Shown: positions 45,061 through 51,394 of the stretch, piece by piece
Layout: the number at the start of each line of letters is the position of its first letter
How positions within the stretch are numbered: the stretch's first letter is position 1
Assembly (NCBI GenBank): GCA_016794485.1
Contig: JAEUHV010000096.1
Span: 1 to 55,420 of the forward strand
DNA: 55,420 nucleotides
From: Planctomycetota bacterium
GTDB taxonomy: Bacteria > Planctomycetota > UBA1135 > UBA2386
Reading direction: 5' to 3'
The notes under the pieces: model-generated
Seen by the model: the letters and a program-made list of their open reading frames with translations, nothing else
Databases searched by the model: none
Told to the model about the DNA's origin: nothing
Position numbers and translations under genes: made by a program

Positions 45061-45561
45061 ATGCGCCTGCTCCTGCTCCTGCTCCTGCTCCTGACATCGT
45101 TGTCGTCCCTGTTCGTGGGCTGCTCGAACCCGGCTCCGGTGACGCCCGTCGCCGACGACGTCGACTGCAACCTGTCGACGCCACTCGTGCCCGGTGTTCC
45201 CGGCAGCCCCGGCCACCTGATCAAGTCCGCGCGCAACCCGAACGGCGACAGCGAGCTGTCCGTTCTGATGCGCTCGTTCGTCGACGACCTGCGCAATGCG
45301 CGCACGCTCGCCGAGGCTGGCGAGAAGATTCCGGCCATGTACCCGAGGCACCGCAAGATGCGCTGCGCGTGGCCGACCAAGCCCGACGAACGCAACGAAC
45401 GCTTCGACCTGCGCGCGCAGGGTTACCTCGGTGCGGTGCGCGCGTTCGACCTGGAGCCGAAGAAGTCGACCTACAACTCGATCATCGACGGCTGCGTGAA
45501 CTGCCACGCGCAGTCGTGCGGCGGCCCGCTCGACTTCATCGACAGCATGCGCTGGCAGTGA
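45061..45561 (+). CDS. Lipoprotein with a single CxxCH haem-binding motif
   Basis: The ATG is at 45061. The signal reads MRLLLLLLLLLTSLSSLFVGC|SNP, with lipobox LFVGC. The C-terminal DGCVNCHAQSCGG contains CxxCH. Confidence 0.65.
   Translation: MRLLLLLLLLLTSLSSLFVGCSNPAPVTPVADDVDCNLSTPLVPGVPGSPGHLIKSARNPNGDSELSVLMRSFVDDLRNARTLAEAGEKIPAMYPRHRKMRCAWPTKPDERNERFDLRAQGYLGAVRAFDLEPKKSTYNSIIDGCVNCHAQSCGGPLDFIDSMRWQ
45067..45093 (+). repeat. Hexanucleotide tandem repeat (CTGCTC)x4.5 encoding Leu9
   Basis: The sequence ctgctcctgctcctgctcctgctcctg lies inside the signal-peptide h-region of the CDS at 45061. Confidence 0.9.
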
Positions 45562-45585
45562 CCTCCGCCGCGGCGGCGGGGCGCG

Positions 45586-46803
45586 TCACTTCGCCGCGGG
45601 AGTCGCAGTGACGCCGCGCACGAGGGGAACGGGCCGGCCGGCGCCGAACCAGACCGCCGGGGCGAAGGCCATGCCGTTCGGACCGTAGCCCTCCTGCATC
45701 GTCGCGATCGCCCGAGTGCGGCCCGAACGCGCATGCAGCAGCTGGATCGTGTCTTTGCCGTCGACGAACACGACGAAGCGCCCATCGGCGGACCACGTCG
45801 GCCGCAACAGCGGACTCGCATTCGCGAACACCTCGCGCGACGCACCGTCGGCTGTGTCGAGCACGAACGACGCGTAGTCCTCGCCCTTGCTCTGCGTGCA
45901 GAACACCAGGTCCTCGCGCGGCGACAGCGCGGTGATGCCGTGCCGGAACGGCTGCTCGTGCAGGCGCCGGGGTTCGCCGCCGGCGATCGGGGCCAGGTAC
46001 ACCCACCAGTGGTACGGACCGTTGCCACTGACCATCGACACGAGGCTGTCGCCGAGCGAGAAGCTGTAGAGCGAGGACGTCCCTGCGGGCGTGCCGTCGA
46101 GGCGCGCGTGCACCGTGCCGGCGGCGGCATCGAGCACGACGACGGCATCGCCGGCTTCGCAGGCGAGGAAGCGCCCGTTCGGCGACCAGGCGGCGTGGTG
46201 GATCTTGCCGAGGTCGCGGCCAAGCGTGCGTTGCTGCCGTTCCTTCGCGTCGGCGCCGAATGGCACCAGCACGATGCCACCGTCGGTCGCGAGTGCCAAC
46301 CAGGCGCCGTCGGGGGACCAAGCCGGGGCGTGCGCGCGCGCGAGTTCGCGCTCATCGCCGGTCGCGAGCTCGCGCACGATCGTCGGGTGCATGCCGTAGT
46401 CGTGGTGGTCGGGCGTGCGCACGAACGCCAGCCGCGCGCCGTCCGGCGACAACGACAGCGCGTAGTCCATCGCGTGGTCGGCGGTCAGCACCGTCTCGAC
46501 GCCGTCGCGCCAGACCCACAGTTCGCTCGCCTTCGCCTCGCCGCGGGTGAACGCGACCAGCAGGCCGCCCGGATGCTCGAGCTCGATGCCACCGAGCACG
46601 TGCTCGACGAGGGTGCGCAGGTCCTGGTCTTTGGTCTCGGCAAGCAGCTCGCGCAACGGCGGGATCGCCTTCGGCCCGATCGCCTCGAGGTCGCGCGCGG
46701 CGGCGGCCTGGACCTTGGCGTCGCGGTCGCGCAGCTTCGGCAGCAGCGGCAGCGGGTCTTGCGGCAGGACGGCGAACGTGGCGAGGGCAGTGGCGAGCAG
46801 CAT
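45586..46803 (-). CDS. TolB-like beta-propeller (PD40/WD40-like) periplasmic protein
   Basis: I trimmed the ORF to the ATG at 46803, and a GTG at 46815 is an alternative. Repeated motifs include SLSPDGARLAF, WSPDGAWLAL, WSPNGRFLA and WSADGRFVVF. The gene is divergent from the ECF sigma gene. Confidence 0.7.
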   Translation of the reverse strand: MLLATALATFAVLPQDPLPLLPKLRDRDAKVQAAAARDLEAIGPKAIPPLRELLAETKDQDLRTLVEHVLGGIELEHPGGLLVAFTRGEAKASELWVWRDGVETVLTADHAMDYALSLSPDGARLAFVRTPDHHDYGMHPTIVRELATGDERELARAHAPAWSPDGAWLALATDGGIVLVPFGADAKERQQRTLGRDLGKIHHAAWSPNGRFLACEAGDAVVVLDAAAGTVHARLDGTPAGTSSLYSFSLGDSLVSMVSGNGPYHWWVYLAPIAGGEPRRLHEQPFRHGITALSPREDLVFCTQSKGEDYASFVLDTADGASREVFANASPLLRPTWSADGRFVVFVDGKDTIQLLHARSGRTRAIATMQEGYGPNGMAFAPAVWFGAGRPVPLVRGVTATPAAK

Positions 46804-46944
46804 GGTGGGCAGCACGGCGGACAGTGTGCCCGCGGATTCCAGGCCTGCACGCGGGGAGATTCCCGGCTTGGTCGAATACCCTGCGCCCCGCCACGGGATG
46901 AACTGCACGTGCCTCCCGTCGCCGCGACCCCGAAGACCCCGCGC

Positions 46945-47454
46945 ATGACGACGCCCGCGTTCGACCTCGGCGCCCTGGTGCGCCGGCACCAGCTCGGACT
47001 GTGGCGCTACGCCAGGGCCCTCGGCGTTCCGGCGGCCGATGCCGAGGACCTGCTGCAGGACACGTTCGTGGTGGCGCTGCGGCGGCTCGACGCCGATCGC
47101 GGCGAGGCCGCGGTGGCGACGTTCCTGCGGCAGACGTGCAAGCACCTGTGGTTGCGGCGGCGGCGCGACCAGAGCCGGCGCGAGCAATTGCTGCTCGAGC
47201 ACGCCGATGCCGTGTGGACGCGCGAGTGCGACGACGACGACGGCGAACGGTGGCAAGCGGCGCTGCGCGCCTGCGTCGGCGGGCTCGACGGCCGCGCGCG
47301 CGAAGTGGTGGAGCGATTCTACGGCGACGGTCTGCCGCGCGACCAAGTCGCCGACCGGCTCGGCATGAAGGAAACCGGCGTGAAGACCCTGCTGCAGCGC
47401 GTGCGCGCGCTGCTGCGCGACTGCATCGAACGGCGACTGCGAGGTGACGTGTGA
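46945..47454 (+). CDS. ECF-type RNA polymerase sigma factor
   Basis: The gene lies in-frame within track ORF 45733..47454, with its ATG at 46945. It carries EDLLQDTFVVALRR, the acidic linker ECDDDDGER and the sigma-4 region QVADRLGMKETGVKTLLQRVRALLR. It is a paralog of the sigma factor at 27452..28015. Confidence 0.9.
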   Translation: MTTPAFDLGALVRRHQLGLWRYARALGVPAADAEDLLQDTFVVALRRLDADRGEAAVATFLRQTCKHLWLRRRRDQSRREQLLLEHADAVWTRECDDDDGERWQAALRACVGGLDGRAREVVERFYGDGLPRDQVADRLGMKETGVKTLLQRVRALLRDCIERRLRGDV

Positions 47455-49871
47455 CCGACGAACGGGACGACGAAGTGTTCGAACGGCGGCTTGCGGCGGC
47501 GTTGCGCGAGGCGCACGGCGAACGCGCGCCCGACGTGACGGCGGCAGTGCTGGCGCGCGTGGCAGCCGGCGAGGTCGTCGACGTGGGCGCGGCAGTGCCG
47601 GTGCGGTCGCGGCTGGCGTGGCTGGCGGCGGCGGCCGTGTTCCTGCTCGGTCTCGCGACCGTGCTCGCGGTGGCGTGGTCGCAGCGTGGTGGCGCTGGTG
47701 GTGGTCCGAACGATGGCGAAGGCGGCGCGCAGGAAGCCCAGCAACCCGAGCAGCCCAAGCTGCCCGAAGTGACCCGCATCGGCGACATCGCGACGTTGCC
47801 GCGCGAACTGAAGGCCGTCGAACTGCGCAATCTCGAAGACGACGCGGTCGCAGCGCTGGTCGTGCGTTGCCCGGATCTCGAGCACCTGCGCGTGTTCGCC
47901 AGCACCGCCTACAAACGGGAAGGGGATCTGCCGGCGCAGTCGATCACCGATGCGGCTCTGCCGCACATCGCGAAGCTGACGCAGCTGCGTCGGCTCGAAC
48001 TGGTCGGCGTCGTGCTCGTGAAGGGTCCTGGCCTGCGGGAACTCGCGGCGTTGCCGCGGCTGGAGAGTCTCGCCATCGAGTTCTTCGACATGGCCGACGA
48101 GGACCTCGCGTTCCTCGAACGCCTCGCGTCGCTGCGCGATCTGTCACTCGTGAACGTCCAGACGATCGGCGACCGCGCCTACGAAATCGTCGGCCGTTGC
48201 GTCGGCCTGCGTGCCTTGACCATCGTGGGTGGACGCGGCCTCGGAACCGACAGCCTGGCGCCTCTCCGTTCCCTGCAGCACCTGGAACGGTTGCAGCTGC
48301 ACGGCATCGGGCAATGGTCGCGCGGTGTCGCCGATCCGGAAACCGCCGCACGCTTCGGCCTCGGGATGGACTTCTCCGGCAGGCGCCAAGGTACGGGAGT
48401 CACCGTCGACAAACTCGGCGGAGGCTGGCCGAAGTTGCAGGAACTGGCACTCGAGGCGGCCCTCGACCTGGAGTCGGATGTCGGGGCGTTCGTGCGCGAC
48501 CACGGCCGCGGCCTGCGACGCCTGACCCTGCGCGGCTGTCCGAATGTCGACGACACGACCCTCGCCGACGTGCTCACCTCGCCGAACCTGACGGAATTGG
48601 TCCTCGGCAACTGCCCGCGCGTCACCGCGGCCGTGCTGCCGAAACTGGTCGCGGCAAAGAACCTCGCCTGGATCGACTTCGGCGTCACGCCATGGCTCAC
48701 GTTGGCGCATGCCGAGGAGCTGCTGCTCGCCGGCAAGGGCGTGCGCGGCGCGCGCCCCACGGACCCGCAGTTCGAAGCGAACCTGCGCGGGCTGGTCGCC
48801 TTGCATGCCCGCCACCTCGCCGACCGTCGACCGACCCCACAAGTGCGCACGATCGCCGAGATCGAGGCCCTGCCGAAGGCCACGACGCGCATCGAACTGC
48901 GCGGCCTCGGCGACCGTGCCGCGACGCTGCTGGCCCGCTTCCCCGACCTGCACCACGTCGAGTTCATCCGCGACGACGACGACCCGTTCACCGCGGCGGG
49001 ACTGCGGGCGGTCGCGGCGTTGCCCAAGCTCGAACACCTCGAACTGAACAACCTGCCCAACCTGAAGGCGGGTGACCTCGCTTCGCTGCGCCAGGCACGC
49101 TCGCTGCGCAGCCTCGACCTCGCCAGCGTTGCCGTCGACGACGCGGCGCTGCAGGTCCTGCCCGACTTGCCGCTGGACACGCTGGTGCTGGCCGGTGTGC
49201 GCACGTTCGGCGAAGACGGCGCCAGGGCGATCGCCCGCTGCATCGACCTGCGGCGGCTCGAAGTGCTGGGCTGCGATCAACTGTCACGCGACGCAATCGC
49301 GACGTTCGGCGCACTCGACCGGCTCGAAACCCTGGTCCTCCGCGAACTGCCGAAGCTGTCCGACTCGGCCCTGATGGGACTGCAGCACCTGGTGCAGCTG
49401 CGCGCACTCGAAATCGGCCCAGGCTGCTTCACGTCGATGGGCCTGCAGACACTGGCCGACATGAAGCGGCTGGTCGTGCTGCGGCTGTCGGGCAACCGCG
49501 ACGTCGTGACTTCGTGCCTGCTGTACGCACCGACCGGCCTCCAGGCACTGCAGCTCGACGAGTGCCCCGGCATCGGCGACGACGTCGGCACCCTGCTGCG
49601 CGACCGCTTCCCATCGCTGCGTTCGCTCGACCTCGGTGGCAACGCGAAGATCACCGACGCGACCCTCGCCGCGATCCTGCAGAACCCGTCGCTGCAGCGC
49701 CTCGGCCTGCGCGACTGCACCGCACTGACCGCCGCGTCGTTCGCGGCGATCCGCGACGCCCGCTCGCTGCGCGAACTCGACGCGACGCGCGCCCCGTGCC
49801 TCACCGACGCCAGCGCCGCCGAACTGCAGCGCCTGCGGCCGGAGCTGAAGATCACCCGGAAGGTGTGGTGA
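47451..49871 (+). CDS. Anti-sigma-like membrane protein with a large RNI-type leucine-rich-repeat ectodomain
   Basis: The GTG start overlaps the sigma stop (GTGA). The short N-terminus is followed by one TM helix (LAWLAAAAVFLLGLATVLAVAW). About 700 aa of 24-28-residue LRRs follow, for example CPDLEHLRV, LTQLRRLEL, LPRLESLAI, LASLRDLSL, CVGLRALTI, LQHLERLQL ... CTALT. Confidence 0.8.
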   Translation: MTDERDDEVFERRLAAALREAHGERAPDVTAAVLARVAAGEVVDVGAAVPVRSRLAWLAAAAVFLLGLATVLAVAWSQRGGAGGGPNDGEGGAQEAQQPEQPKLPEVTRIGDIATLPRELKAVELRNLEDDAVAALVVRCPDLEHLRVFASTAYKREGDLPAQSITDAALPHIAKLTQLRRLELVGVVLVKGPGLRELAALPRLESLAIEFFDMADEDLAFLERLASLRDLSLVNVQTIGDRAYEIVGRCVGLRALTIVGGRGLGTDSLAPLRSLQHLERLQLHGIGQWSRGVADPETAARFGLGMDFSGRRQGTGVTVDKLGGGWPKLQELALEAALDLESDVGAFVRDHGRGLRRLTLRGCPNVDDTTLADVLTSPNLTELVLGNCPRVTAAVLPKLVAAKNLAWIDFGVTPWLTLAHAEELLLAGKGVRGARPTDPQFEANLRGLVALHARHLADRRPTPQVRTIAEIEALPKATTRIELRGLGDRAATLLARFPDLHHVEFIRDDDDPFTAAGLRAVAALPKLEHLELNNLPNLKAGDLASLRQARSLRSLDLASVAVDDAALQVLPDLPLDTLVLAGVRTFGEDGARAIARCIDLRRLEVLGCDQLSRDAIATFGALDRLETLVLRELPKLSDSALMGLQHLVQLRALEIGPGCFTSMGLQTLADMKRLVVLRLSGNRDVVTSCLLYAPTGLQALQLDECPGIGDDVGTLLRDRFPSLRSLDLGGNAKITDATLAAILQNPSLQRLGLRDCTALTAASFAAIRDARSLRELDATRAPCLTDASAAELQRLRPELKITRKVW

Positions 49872-49874
49872 CGA

Positions 49875-51212
49875 CTACTTGCCGCCGAGCAGCATCGCGC
49901 CGTGGTCGGCGACGATGAAGCCGAACGGATTCGCCGCGAGGTCCAGCGCCGCCCCCTGGCAGTAGATCGTGCCGCCGAGCAACGCCGCCGCGTTCGGGAT
50001 CGCCAGGTTCCACGTCGCGGTGTTGCCGTTGGCGAAGAACGCGTCGACCAGCGCCATGTCGACCTGCAGCGTGCAGCCTGGCATGCCGATCACTGCGAGC
50101 GACGCCGGCAGAGCCCCGAAGGTCGCCGAGAACGTGTCGCTGAGCCCGTAGAGCATCAGCCCGATCGTGTTCGCCGGCACCGGCGCGATGTCGACCGTGA
50201 ACGTCTCGCCGAGCCACGGCCGGTCCGCGCTCGTCAGCACCGGCGCGTTCGGCAACGACCCTGCACAACCCACACCGCTGGTCGCGAACGACGCCCGCAC
50301 CGTCGGCGCATACCGCCACGTCTCCGCGGTAGGCGAACTGCCGAACATCAGCACTTCCTCGCGCACGAAGTCGTACGCCAGGTACGTGTCGCTGCGCGCG
50401 CTCGGCAACGTCGCCGGCGTGCGCTGCAGCCAGGTCGTGCCGTTCCATTCCCATTGGTCCGCGATCGTCGTGCCGCCGACCATCACGATGCGGCCGCGCG
50501 CCGTGTCGGTGACCATCGAGTGGTCGAACCGCGCCGGCGGCACGTTCGACGGCAGCACCTGCTGCCAGGTGGTGCCGGTGAACCGCCAGGTGTCGTTCCC
50601 CTGCTGGTAGCCGCTGAACAGGATCAGGCCGCCGCCGACCGGATCCCACGCCATGTCGGTCGCGCGCCGGCCCGCCGGACTGGACGCGGTGACGATCTGC
50701 GTCCACGCGACCCCGTCCCATTCCCACGTGTCGAACAGGTCGGTGCCGTTGTAGCCACCCCACAGGATCGACGTGCCGCGGCTCGGCAGGTAGGCCATCG
50801 TGTGCGACCGGCGCGGGCCCGGCGTCGTCGCCGGCGTCATCTGCGTCCAGTCCACGCCATCCCATTCCCCCGTGTCGCCGAGATAGCCGCCACCGGCCGG
50901 AATGCCGCCGAACAGCACGAGCTTGCCGCGCGCCTCGTCGTAGCAAAGCGTGTGCGCAACGCGCGCGGGCGGCACGTTCACCGGTGTCGCCTGCGTCCAA
51001 GTGCTGCCGTCCCACAGCCAGGTCTCGTTGTAGCGGACACCCCCGAAGGTGCCGCCGAACAGCACCGTGCGGTCGGTGGGCAGGTGGTAGGCCATCGCAT
51101 GGGCGGAGAATGCGATCGGCGACGCGGCCGGCGACAGCAGCGTCCAGTCGGTCTGGGCCGCGAGCGGGGCGAGGAGGAGAACGGTGGCGAAGAGGGGACG
51201 GGCGATGCGCAT
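49875..51212 (-). CDS. Secreted Kelch-repeat beta-propeller protein carrying the shared C-terminal module
   Basis: I trimmed the ORF to the ATG at 51212 (MRIARPLFATVLLLAPLAA|Q). Six repeats carry patterns such as TVLFGG...ETWLWDGSTWTQ, LVLFGG...GEWDGVDWTQ, ILWGG...WEWDGVAWTQ and so on. Confidence 0.85.
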   Translation of the reverse strand: MRIARPLFATVLLLAPLAAQTDWTLLSPAASPIAFSAHAMAYHLPTDRTVLFGGTFGGVRYNETWLWDGSTWTQATPVNVPPARVAHTLCYDEARGKLVLFGGIPAGGGYLGDTGEWDGVDWTQMTPATTPGPRRSHTMAYLPSRGTSILWGGYNGTDLFDTWEWDGVAWTQIVTASSPAGRRATDMAWDPVGGGLILFSGYQQGNDTWRFTGTTWQQVLPSNVPPARFDHSMVTDTARGRIVMVGGTTIADQWEWNGTTWLQRTPATLPSARSDTYLAYDFVREEVLMFGSSPTAETWRYAPTVRASFATSGVGCAGSLPNAPVLTSADRPWLGETFTVDIAPVPANTIGLMLYGLSDTFSATFGALPASLAVIGMPGCTLQVDMALVDAFFANGNTATWNLAIPNAAALLGGTIYCQGAALDLAANPFGFIVADHGAMLLGGK

Positions 51213-51394
51213 GGTGGTAAGGCCGAACGGCGAGGTCGGGCAGGATAGCCGCGACGGCAAGGCTGGTTCGCCGCGGACTCTGCGGTGGCCGCGCCCCCGA
51301 TGGCAGATTTCACGGCGGCGGCGTGTGTGGATTCGCCGGCGCGCCCGCTGCCGAGGGTGTCGCCCCTGCGGGCGCATCCCTTTCGGACCCACGT

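Noticed and set aside
49875-50275. Equating the shared C-terminal module with the T9SS C-terminal domain
   Set aside because: The conserved blocks (PxIGxT, GxPGC, IPN...Q...N..G..SN) do not resemble the T9SS type A or type B CTD motifs as I remember them. I saw no T9SS components in the window. I kept it as an analogy only.
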